From positions 32,001-96,000 of the forward strand of contig CAWFJJ010000024.1 in the NCBI GenBank assembly GCA_963816185.1: a stretch of DNA of 64,000 nt. The letters run 5' to 3'. The notes under the pieces are model-generated. The model made no database searches and was not told the origin of the DNA. It was given only the letters and a program-made list of their open reading frames with translations. Of the stretch, positions 23,491 through 32,400 are shown piece after piece; the first letter of the stretch is position 1; the number at the start of each line of letters is the position of its first letter. Source of the DNA: Thermoanaerobaculia bacterium. GTDB lineage: Bacteria; Acidobacteriota; Thermoanaerobaculia; UBA5066. Made by a program: the position numbers and the translations under genes.

Positions 23491-24081
23491 ATGAGGAAGA
23501 GGCAGATGCAACGTCGTTCGTCGATTCTGGTGCTCGTGGTCGCGTCCGCTCTGCTCTCCTCGGCGAACTTCGTCCGGGCCGCCGAGCCGAAGCCGATCGA
23601 GACCTACACCGCGTTCGCGGCGAGTCTCGGAACCGGAAAGACCGCGGTGATCGACATCGCCGTCAGCCGCTGGTCGACGGACCAGGAGCGGGAGATGCTT
23701 CTGGCCACGCTCCAGGAGTTCGGCCGAGACAAGCTCGTGGACACGCTCCAGAAGCTCAAGCCGGTCGGCACGATCCGCGCGTCCAACTCCCTCGGCTATG
23801 ATCTCTATTACGCCCGCGAGCACAAGGCGGCGGACGGCAGCCGGCGCGTGGTCCTCGCGACGAACCGGCGCGTGTCGTTCCGCGAGCTCGCGAACAACCT
23901 GCGCTCGAAGGACTTCCAGCTCACGCTCATCGAGATTCACTTGGGCCCGGACGGGAAGGGCGAGGGCAAGCTCGTGCCCGCGGCGAAGGTCACTTGGGAC
24001 AAGGAATCGAAGAGAATCGAGATCGAGAACTACAGCGCGCTCCCGGTCGACCTGTTACAGGTCATCGCGAAGAAGCCCTGA
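23491..24081 (+). CDS. Hypothetical exported protein
   Basis: Signal peptide ending ..FVRA, GC-typical codon use, GAGGTG upstream. Confidence 0.7.
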   Translation: MRKRQMQRRSSILVLVVASALLSSANFVRAAEPKPIETYTAFAASLGTGKTAVIDIAVSRWSTDQEREMLLATLQEFGRDKLVDTLQKLKPVGTIRASNSLGYDLYYAREHKAADGSRRVVLATNRRVSFRELANNLRSKDFQLTLIEIHLGPDGKGEGKLVPAAKVTWDKESKRIEIENYSALPVDLLQVIAKKP

Positions 24082-24116
24082 CAGCCGGGTGCCGCATCCG
24101 GCCTCAGAATGGGGCC

Positions 24117-25787
24117 GTGCACAAGGCCCCGGCGTCCCCGTTCACGACCCTCGGCCTCGACGCGCGCCTCGTGAGCGCGCTCGTGGCGCTGGGCTACGAG
24201 GAGCCCACGCCGATCCAGAGCGCGGCGATCCCACGGCTCCTCGAAGGGCGCGACGTTTTCGCGCAGGCAGCCACCGGAACGGGGAAGACTGCCGCATTCG
24301 CGCTCCCGATCCTCCATCGCATCGGAGCGGAGGCCGAGCGGGGGGTCGCGCCTTCGGCCCTCGTCCTCGTGCCGACCCGCGAGCTCGCGATGCAGCTCGC
24401 CGAGGCCGTGCACCGGTACGGCCGGGGGATCGGGATCCGTGTCCTCCCCGTCTACGGGGGCGCGTCGATGGAGACGCAGCTCCGGGCCCTGAAGCGCGGG
24501 GTGGACGTCGTCGTCGCAACGCCCGGGCGCGCGCTCGACCACGTGAACCGCCGCTCGCTGGTTCTCGGAAGCGTCCGCACGCTCGTTCTCGACGAGGCCG
24601 ACGAGATGCTGGACATGGGGTTTGCCGAGGACCTCGACGCGATCCTCGCGGCGACTCCGAAGGCGCGGCAGACGGCTCTGTTTTCCGCCACGCTTCCGCC
24701 GCGCATCGCGACTCTCGCCGCCCGCCATCTCCGCGAGCCGGTCCGGATCGAGATCGAGAAGGAGAAGACCGCGCCGGGGAAGATGCCGAAGGTCCGGCAG
24801 ACGGCGTACGTCGTCGCCCGAGGCCACAAGCGCGCGGCGCTCGCACGCATCCTCGACCTCGAGAGCCCCGCAGGGGCGCTCGTCTTCTGCCGCACGCGTC
24901 TCGAGGTCGACGACCTGACCGAGAGCCTCAAGGGACGCGGGATGCGCGTGGAGGCGATGCACGGCGGGATGTCTCAGGAGCAGCGCGACCGCGTGATGAC
25001 GAAATTCCGCGCGGGGACGCTCGAGCTTCTCGTCGCCACCGACGTCGCGGCGCGCGGCCTCGACATCGGGCACCTCTCGCACGTCGTCAACTTCGACGTG
25101 CCGTCCTCGCCCGAGGTCTACGTCCACCGGATCGGCCGGACGGGCCGCGCCGGGAGGGAAGGCGTCGCCATCACGCTCGCCGAACCGCGCGAGCACTGGC
25201 AGCTTCGCAACATCGAGCGCCTGACAAAGCAGAAGATCGAGGTCGCGAACGTCCCCACGGTCGCCGACCTTCGCGCGAAGCGCCTCGAGCTGACGCGGGC
25301 GTCTCTCCGCGAGTCGATCCTCTCGGGCGGGCTCGAGGACTATCGCGTCGTCGTCGAGTCCCTCGCGGAGGAGTTCGACCCCATGGACGTGGCCGCGGCC
25401 GCCGTGAAGCTGGCGGACCCTTCCGCGGCTGGCTCGGGCTCGGTTGCGGACGAGCACGAGATTCCCGCGATTGCCGCGCCTCCTCCTCCGCGCGCGGCGA
25501 AGGCCGGGACGAAGTACAAGTCCGGGGGCAGGGAGCCGGGCGGCTCGGCGAGCATTTTCATCGGAGCGGGCCGGGCCGCGGGCGTCCGGCCCGGAGATCT
25601 CGTGGGCGCGATCGTCAACGAAGCCAAGGTGAGTCCCCGCGACGTGGGCTCGATCCAGATCGCCGAGCGGTTCTCGCTCGTGGAGGTGCCGGAAAGAATC
25701 GCCGAGTCCGTCATGCGCGCTCTCCGCGGCACGATGATTCGCGGTCAGAAGGTGGTCGTGAGGCGCGACAAGGATGCGGGGCGCTGA
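24117..25787 (+). CDS. deaD: DEAD-box RNA helicase with C-terminal DbpA-type RNA-binding domain (DeaD/CsdA-like)
   Basis: PTPIQ, TGTGKT, PTRELA, DEAD, SAT, ARGLD, HRIGRTGRAG, RPGDLVGAI. Confidence 0.92.
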   Translation: MHKAPASPFTTLGLDARLVSALVALGYEEPTPIQSAAIPRLLEGRDVFAQAATGTGKTAAFALPILHRIGAEAERGVAPSALVLVPTRELAMQLAEAVHRYGRGIGIRVLPVYGGASMETQLRALKRGVDVVVATPGRALDHVNRRSLVLGSVRTLVLDEADEMLDMGFAEDLDAILAATPKARQTALFSATLPPRIATLAARHLREPVRIEIEKEKTAPGKMPKVRQTAYVVARGHKRAALARILDLESPAGALVFCRTRLEVDDLTESLKGRGMRVEAMHGGMSQEQRDRVMTKFRAGTLELLVATDVAARGLDIGHLSHVVNFDVPSSPEVYVHRIGRTGRAGREGVAITLAEPREHWQLRNIERLTKQKIEVANVPTVADLRAKRLELTRASLRESILSGGLEDYRVVVESLAEEFDPMDVAAAAVKLADPSAAGSGSVADEHEIPAIAAPPPPRAAKAGTKYKSGGREPGGSASIFIGAGRAAGVRPGDLVGAIVNEAKVSPRDVGSIQIAERFSLVEVPERIAESVMRALRGTMIRGQKVVVRRDKDAGR

Positions 25788-25789
25788 GC

Positions 25790-26629
25790 ATGGCCGTTTC
25801 TTCCGTCGCCGCCGCCGGTCTCGCCTTCGCGATCGCTCTTGCGGACGGCGGGAAGTCCGTGCCGATCGACCGATTCACGCTGAAGGTGCCCGGCGTGAAG
25901 GGCGCTCTCGTCCTTTCGTTAGAAGGCGTCGACCTCATCGGCGGCGCCGTCGTCGCGCCCGTGCGCCTCGCGAACGAGACGGACTTCGACGTCCTTTCGC
26001 CGAGGATCGACCTCGTTTCCGTCACCGAGACGCGGCGCGAAGGCGGACGCGACGTGGCGCGCGCGCTCGATGCCGCGGCGCCTTTGCCGCCCGCCTGGGA
26101 CCTGCTTCGCAAGAGGACGGACGCCGCGGGGCAGCTCTTTCGGGCCTCTCCGGTCGGGTTCTCTCCGGACACCTCGCTCGTCGTGATCCTCGGGGCCGTG
26201 AGCGGCGCCCTCGCAGTGGGATCGTTCGAGGTCGAGGGTGCGAGAAACCCCGCCCGGCTCGACATCGATTCCGGCTCGCTCTTCGTCACGGACGCGTCGG
26301 GACGCATCGTCAGGTGCGCGCTCGACGGGCGCGGCGCCGCGGAAGTGAAGCAGCGGCCCCCGCAGAGGAGTGACCCGGCGGGAGGACCGTGCGCGCGAGC
26401 GCGCGTCCAGGCCCTCGTGTGCCGCACGGCGCCCGACGGCGGCGCCTGGGCGATCGAGGGGCGCGAAGTGACGCAGCTCGATGCCGAGGGAGGGAGAGTG
26501 CGTTCATTCCCCCCCGGGGGCGAAGGCCCGCCGGTCGCGCTGGCGCTCGGCCCGGACGGAAGGCTTTACGTGGCGACGGCGGGCGAAGGTGGAAGCAGCG
26601 GGTCCGTGCGGATCTTCAGGCCCTTCTGA
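25790..26629 (+). CDS. Hypothetical exported protein with NHL/propeller-like C-terminal blades
   Basis: ATG 2 nt after the helicase stop; hydrophobic N-terminus; P..LDID.GSLFVTD and PVALALGPDGRLYVA. Confidence 0.55.
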   Translation: MAVSSVAAAGLAFAIALADGGKSVPIDRFTLKVPGVKGALVLSLEGVDLIGGAVVAPVRLANETDFDVLSPRIDLVSVTETRREGGRDVARALDAAAPLPPAWDLLRKRTDAAGQLFRASPVGFSPDTSLVVILGAVSGALAVGSFEVEGARNPARLDIDSGSLFVTDASGRIVRCALDGRGAAEVKQRPPQRSDPAGGPCARARVQALVCRTAPDGGAWAIEGREVTQLDAEGGRVRSFPPGGEGPPVALALGPDGRLYVATAGEGGSSGSVRIFRPF

Positions 26630-26632
26630 CGG

Positions 26633-27040
26633 CTACTTTTTCAGGAGCAGATTGAAGTCCGCACGATAGAACGTGCGGCCCTGTCCGTCGCGCCGCGTCG
26701 GAATGACGAAGAGCGGGAAGCGGCCCATCTTCTCCTGCTCGACGGTATACGTGCCCTCGGCGAGGCGCTCGCCTCCGGGCGCGACGAACGTGAGCGAGAA
26801 CTGGTGCGTTCCGTTCGAAGAAGGTTTCTCGTCGTACGCCTCGAGGACGACGTCGATCGAGCCCCGTGAATCGGCCGTCTGGACGTGAAACGTCCGGCCG
26901 ACGTATTGCGCGAAGTTGCGGACCGGCGTGATCGAGCCCATCGCGCCCACGGCCTTCGTGGCCGCCGACAGCGGACGGACCGCCGCGCCGACGACACCGG
27001 TCACGACCGTGAAGAGGAATTTCTTGCGGGTGATTTTCAT
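26633..27040 (-). CDS. DUF6916-like protein with a Tat-like leader
   Basis: MKITRKKFL + hydrophobic stretch; F..YVG..F, FSLTF, L..GTY...G...LFVIP, Y.ADFN; GGAGG upstream. Confidence 0.7.
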   Translation of the reverse strand: MKITRKKFLFTVVTGVVGAAVRPLSAATKAVGAMGSITPVRNFAQYVGRTFHVQTADSRGSIDVVLEAYDEKPSSNGTHQFSLTFVAPGGERLAEGTYTVEQEKMGRFPLFVIPTRRDGQGRTFYRADFNLLLKK

Positions 27041-27079
27041 CGAAGACCTCCGGGGACGGTTTGTGCCACGATACGGCGC

Positions 27080-27376
27080 ATGCTCGAGAGCTTGACGTTC
27101 GGAGATTTCTCTGGAAGGGTCGGAGAGGGGTTTCGCCTCGAGGGACCCGCCGTCATCGTCGAGCTGACGCTTGTCGAGGTCACGGACCTCGCGCGGCGCG
27201 AAAAACCGGGTCCGCGGCGGTCGCCGTTTTCGCTCGTCTTCCACGGCCCGTTCAGCCCCGTAATGCCCCAGCGCACATACGCGCTCGAGCATGCCTCGCT
27301 CGGGCGCCTCGACATCTTCCTCGTACCGATCGGGCCCGACGCCGACGGCATGCGGTACGAGGCGGTCTTCAACTGA
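27080..27376 (+). CDS. DUF6916-like protein without a leader
   Basis: LT..DF...VG..F, L.LVEV, PFSLVFHGP, PQRTYALEH..LG.LDIFLVPIG, YEAVFN. Confidence 0.8.
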   Translation: MLESLTFGDFSGRVGEGFRLEGPAVIVELTLVEVTDLARREKPGPRRSPFSLVFHGPFSPVMPQRTYALEHASLGRLDIFLVPIGPDADGMRYEAVFN

Positions 27377-27872
27377 CTCTCGCCGCGGACACCGCGGGAC
27401 GCCGCTCCATCAGCAGATAGACGCCGTGCTCCTCGGCGGGCGCGAACCCGAGACGCTCGTAGAGACTTCGCGCGGGGTTCGACATCTCCACGTGGATCGT
27501 CAGGGTCACTTCGCGCCCCTTCGCTTCCGCGATGAGCTCGGCCAGGAGCCGCGTTCCGATTCCCGTCCCCCGGAACCGAGGCAGGAGAGCGATGTCCATG
27601 AGCCGGATCTCTCTCGGCCTGCGGTGGACATAGAGCCGCCCCACGGGCACCCCATCCACCTCGATCACGTCGTACGTCGCGCCTTCGTAGTGGGCGCGGT
27701 AATGCGCGTCCTGGGCGTCGAACTGCATCTTCACGAACGCGGCCTTCTGCTCGTCCGTCCAGGGCACCGGCGCCAGCTCCTCCGCGCGCGTCGACGCGTA
27801 CACGGAGAGGAGGAACTCCCGGTCGTCGGGGCGGACGGGGCGGAGGGTCACCATTCGTCGGGTGCTCCTCAC
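27369..27872 (-). CDS. GNAT N-acetyltransferase (tail-collar cassette type)
   Basis: YASTR.EE, MQF.AQ..HY, GRLYV, DIALLP.FRG.GIG, NPA.SLYERLGF. Confidence 0.88.
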   Translation of the reverse strand: MRSTRRMVTLRPVRPDDREFLLSVYASTRAEELAPVPWTDEQKAAFVKMQFDAQDAHYRAHYEGATYDVIEVDGVPVGRLYVHRRPREIRLMDIALLPRFRGTGIGTRLLAELIAEAKGREVTLTIHVEMSNPARSLYERLGFAPAEEHGVYLLMERRPAVSAARVS

Positions 27873-28384
27873 GTCCGCGGCGGGTAGACGCCCTGCAGGG
27901 CGATGCAGAAGTTGAGCGTGAGGTACGGCTGCATGTTGTTGTGCGGCTGGTCGGCGCCGGCCGGTGCGATCGCCTGCGAGCTGAGCTGCGTCACGGCGCC
28001 CGGCACGGCGTAGGCCCCGATTCCGATGCCCTTGGCCAGCAACTCGTTCCCGGCATTCGTGTCCACCCCATCTGCCTTGGAAGCCTGGAGCCCGTGCGAA
28101 TGCGAAGGGATCTCCGACTCGAGCAGGGTAACGGTCTCGCTCCCGCCGGTCTCGCCGAGATCGTGGAGCGAGAGGCCGGGACCCTGTCCCGGGTGCATCG
28201 GCGCGTTGCCTTGCATGTTCGGGAGCGCGAAGTTGCTCCTCCCGTCCCCGCCGTACGTCGTCCCAAGCAGGGAGAACAGCGCCGTGTTCTGCGAGAGAGG
28301 CAGGATCTGGCCGTCGCAGAACGCCCAGCCCGCTGGGGCGAAGTTGAACGGGAAGATGCGGATTTCGGCGACGAATGGGTCCAT
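27869..28384 (-). CDS. Phage tail-collar domain (microcystin-dependent protein-like), copy 3
   Basis: PFVAEIR.F..NFAP.GW..CDGQ.LP.SQN.ALFSLLGTTYGGDG..NFALP, HSH, HNNMQPYL..NFCIALQG.YP. Confidence 0.9.
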   Translation of the reverse strand: MDPFVAEIRIFPFNFAPAGWAFCDGQILPLSQNTALFSLLGTTYGGDGRSNFALPNMQGNAPMHPGQGPGLSLHDLGETGGSETVTLLESEIPSHSHGLQASKADGVDTNAGNELLAKGIGIGAYAVPGAVTQLSSQAIAPAGADQPHNNMQPYLTLNFCIALQGVYPPRT

Positions 28385-28393
28385 GGCGTCTCC

Positions 28394-28903
28394 TCAGGTC
28401 TGTGACGGGAAGATGCCGAAGAGAGAAATGATGAAGTCGACGCAGAGGTACGGCTGGAAGTTCGTGTGAGGCTGGCTTCCTCCCGTGCTGCCGACGGCGG
28501 ACGGGCTCAGCGGGGTCAGAGGCGCATCGGTGCCGTACGGGGTGATCGCGGCGTTCGGAGACTTCGCGGGGAGCTGGCCCTGGGGGGCGGTGCCCGTCGC
28601 GGGATTGTTCGACGCGAGAAACGCGTGTGAGTGCGCCGGAATCTGGCTGACCGTCAGGGTGATCTCCTCCACGCCGCCCGTCTCCGCGAGCGTAAAGCCG
28701 TTCCCGAAGTGGAGCGGGACACGACCGCGCAGGTCGGGCAGCGCGAACGTGGACTGCCCGTCGCCGCCGTACGTCGTGCCGATCAGGTTGAAGAGCGTTT
28801 CGTACTCCGAGATCGGCAGGAGCTGGCCTTCGCAGAACATCCAGCCCGCGGGCGCGAAGTTGCCCGCGAACATCCGGATCTCACCGACGTAAGGCTGGGC
28901 CAT
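28394..28903 (-). CDS. Phage tail-collar domain protein, copy 2
   Basis: PYVGEIRMFAGNFAP.GW..CEGQ, LIGTTYGGDG..TFALPDLRGR, HSH, QPYL..FIISLFGIFP. Confidence 0.9.
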   Translation of the reverse strand: MAQPYVGEIRMFAGNFAPAGWMFCEGQLLPISEYETLFNLIGTTYGGDGQSTFALPDLRGRVPLHFGNGFTLAETGGVEEITLTVSQIPAHSHAFLASNNPATGTAPQGQLPAKSPNAAITPYGTDAPLTPLSPSAVGSTGGSQPHTNFQPYLCVDFIISLFGIFPSQT

Positions 28904-28913
28904 CGCGTGCCTC

Positions 28914-29417
28914 CTAGGTCTGGCTCGGGAAGATGCCCTGGAGGGCGATCGAGAAGTTCAGGACGAGGAACGGCTGCATGTTGAGGTGCGCCTGCGAGCC
29001 GCCCACGTTGGCGAGGGCGTTGGGGGCCATGGCCACGGGGTTGCCGGAGCCGTAGAGCTGGGCCCCGGCGGACTGCGCGAGCATGACGTTCGACGCCGGG
29101 ACGTTCGTCGACGCGACCGCGCTGACCGCATTGGCGACGTGCGCATGCGTGGGGATCTCCGAAATCGAGAGCGTGTGGGCCTGCTCGCCGCCTTGCTCTC
29201 CGAGGGTGTGGCCGTTCCCCATGTGGATCGGGGCGCGCCCCTGCAGATTGGGAAGCCCGAAGTTCACGCGCCCGTCTCCTCCGTAGGTCGTGCCCAGCAG
29301 CGAGAACAGCGCCTGGTTCTGATTGATCGGCAGGAGCTGGCCGTCGCAGGTCGCCCAGCCCTTCGGTGGGAAGCCGAAGCTCATGATCCGGATCTCGGCG
29401 AGGAAGGGTTCCGCCAT
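28914..29417 (-). CDS. Phage tail-collar domain protein, copy 1
   Basis: PFLAEIR, P.GW..CDGQLLPINQNQALFSLLGTTYGGDG, HAH, NMQPFL.LNFSIALQGIFP; RBS GAGGAG. Confidence 0.9.
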   Translation of the reverse strand: MAEPFLAEIRIMSFGFPPKGWATCDGQLLPINQNQALFSLLGTTYGGDGRVNFGLPNLQGRAPIHMGNGHTLGEQGGEQAHTLSISEIPTHAHVANAVSAVASTNVPASNVMLAQSAGAQLYGSGNPVAMAPNALANVGGSQAHLNMQPFLVLNFSIALQGIFPSQT

Positions 29418-29434
29418 CGCTGTTTCTCCTCGTG

Positions 29435-32400
29435 TTAGAAGCCGCCGGGTTCGACGCAGGTCGAGAACCCGCTCGTGGCGGAGATGAGGGTCGTGCCGCC
29501 GACGCCGAAGTTGCCGGGCGCGCTCCCCGGGTTCTGGCTGTTCACGTAGTTCTCGACGTCCGGCGTCGACGTCGACCCGCCGGGCAGGCCGACGATTCCG
29601 AACGCGTTGATCGCGGAATTCGTCCCCTGCTTGCGGAGGCCGATGCCGGAGGCGATGAAGCCGCCTCCGCTGTCACCCGCCGTCGTGTTGCCCGTGATCT
29701 CGAGGCATACGGTCTCGTTGGCGCTGGAAGCGCTGCCGGAAGAGACGCGAATGCCGAACGTCGTCCCGCTTCCCGAGGTCGGGGCCGCGACGGTGTTCGT
29801 CCGGATCCTCACGTGCGCCTGGCCGGTCGCGCCGATCGTGTTGACGAGGATACCGTTCCCGTCCGTCTGGCTGATGTTGTTCGCGCCGCCGGCCGTGCCG
29901 TCGCCGATGCTCAGGTTCAGGACGGGCGTGTCGCTCGACGAGAACGTGCTCGTCGTGCCGCCGCCGATCCCGGCGCTGCTGAAGATGTTGTGCGCGACGA
30001 TCGTGTTTCCGGCGATCGTGCCGGTGTACGTCGTGAGGCCGTTCGATCCGAAGCCGATCCCGAGTCCCTTCACGTTCGTGATCGAGTTGTTCGTGATGAC
30101 GAAGAACCCGGTGCCGCGGCCGTTGAGCGCCGTGTTGATCCCCTGCGTCCCCATCTGGTTGGCCGCGCTCTGTCCCGAGATCACGTTGTTCGTGATCGCG
30201 ATCGCGTTCGTCGAGAGGTCGGACCCGTACGTCCCCGCGGGCGCGAGGGTGCTCGTCGCGTTTCCGCCGAGGAACAGGATCCCCGCGTCGCTCGGGAAGT
30301 TCGTGATCGTGTTCCCGTTGATCGTAGCCTTCGAGTAGCTCGCGACGGTGGACGCCGAGCCGAAGCCCACGAGCCGGATCGCCGATCCCTTCGACGCCGT
30401 CGTGAGCGTGCTGCTCGTGAGCGTGTTGTTCGAGATGTTCGTGTTGCTGATCGTGCCGTCGAACTGGAAGACGTCCACGCCGTGGTAGTAGGCGTTCGTC
30501 AGCGTGCTGCCCGTGATCGTCAGCGTTCCCGTGAGGTTCTTCTCGTTGCCGATCGTGGGCGAGTAGGCGCCGGCGTTGAAGGCGATGTTCGAGTCTCCGG
30601 TTCCGCTGGCGGTACCGGAGTTGTTGATCGTGCCGTTGACGAAGCTGAACGTCTGGACGTTATTGGATCCCTTCACGCCGCTGTGCCCCGTGTTCTGGAT
30701 GCTCATCGAGGTGAGCGAGACGCTCTGGGCGTTCGACAGGAGGACACCGTCTCCGGTCACGCTCTGGATCGTGCCGCCCGTCCCCGCGCCCCCCGTCCCC
30801 GTGACGGTGAAGCTGCCCGTCGAGTTCTGCAGGACGATGCCGTTGGCGCCCCCGTTCGCGGACACGGCCTGGAAGGTGAACGCGCCTCCGGCGGCGTTCA
30901 GCGACACCGCCGTGCCGGTCGTCGTCGTCACCGTGACGCCGTTCTGCACGGTCGCGCCCGTGATCGCGCCCGAGTTCGTCACGCCCGTGCTCGAGCCCGC
31001 GCTGACGTCGAGGGAGCTGACCGTGAGCGTGTTCGCCGCGAGCGTGAGAGTCGAATTGAGCGTGGGCTTGCCGCCCGCGCCGATCGTGAGGGGCCCGAGC
31101 GTGAACGTCGTGCCCTGGCCCCAGAGCGTCAGGCCGGCCTTGTTCAGCGAGGCGCCCGCGTAGTTGGACGAGCCCGTGTGCAGGAAGATCGTCTGGTTCG
31201 CAGAGGCGTTCGTCACCGCCTGCGCGACCGTCGCGAGAGGCTCGTGCGACCGCCCGCGCGAGGCCGAGTCGGAGCCGCCCGAGTTGTTCACGTACCAGAC
31301 CATGCCGGTCAAGGTGACGTTCAAGGGCGCGGTCGCGCTCGCGGGCGTCCCGGTCCCGCCGCTGTCGCTTGAGACCGTATAGGTGCACGTCGAGGACGTC
31401 GCGCCCGCGTTCGGCGTGTAGACGAAGCGGCCGAGTCCGTCGAAGGTCGAGATGGCCGCGCCGGCGGTGCAACCCGCGGCGGTCACGGTGACGCTGCCGG
31501 CCGGCTGGGCCGACGTGAGGAGCCCCGACACCGTCGCGACGGCGGGAGTCGTCGGCGCGCCTGTGACGCCGGTGACGTAGAGCTGCGTGTTCCCGACGCC
31601 CGAGTAGGTCTGCGTCACGATCGCGGGTGCGACCGAGAGCGTGTAGGTGCCGCTCGTTCCGAAGCAGCCGTTTGCGTCGGTCGCCTTCACCGTGATCGTG
31701 AACGTGCCGGTCTGGGTCGGCGTGCCGGTGAGGACACCGGCGGTCGAAAGCGAGACACCCGTCGGGAGGGAGCCCGTCGTGAGGGTGAACGTCGCGGGCG
31801 TGTGCGTCCCGACGCCCGACTGCGTAAACGTGAAATTGCCGGCTGGGGCGAGCGCCGTGTTGTACGTCGCGATCGTCGAGGTCGGGTTCGAGACCGTGAT
31901 CGTCTGGCAGGAGATCACGAGCGTGTAGGTCGCGCCCGTGCCCGTGCAGCCGTTCGCGTCCGTCACCGTGACGACGATCGGGAACGTGCCGGACGAAGAG
32001 GGCGTGCCGGAGAGGACGCCCGCGGCCGACAGGGTCAGCCCGGCCGGGAGCGTCGAGGATGTCGTGAACGTCGCCGGCGTGTGCGTGCCGACGCCGGCCT
32101 GGGTGAACGTCTGGCTGAACGGCGCGTCGACGGTGCCCGTCGTCGTTCCGGGGTTCGAGACCGTGATCGTCTGGCAGGAGATCACGAGCGTGTAGGTCGC
32201 GCCCGTGCCCGTGCAGCCGTTCGCGTCCGTCACCTTGACGACGATCGGGAACGTGCCGTTCTGTCCCGGCGTGCCCGAGAGCGTTCCGTCCGCCGCGAGC
32301 GTCAGGCCGCCCGGGAGCGTCGAGGACGTCGTGAACGTCGCCGTGCCGGCCGCGCCGGTCTGCGTGAACGTCTGGTTGAAGGGGGCGTCGACCGTGCCCG

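Noticed and set aside
27869-29417. Prophage, tailocin or contractile injection system
   Set aside because: Only collar-domain genes are present; there is no sheath, tube, baseplate, capsid, lysis or integrase gene.
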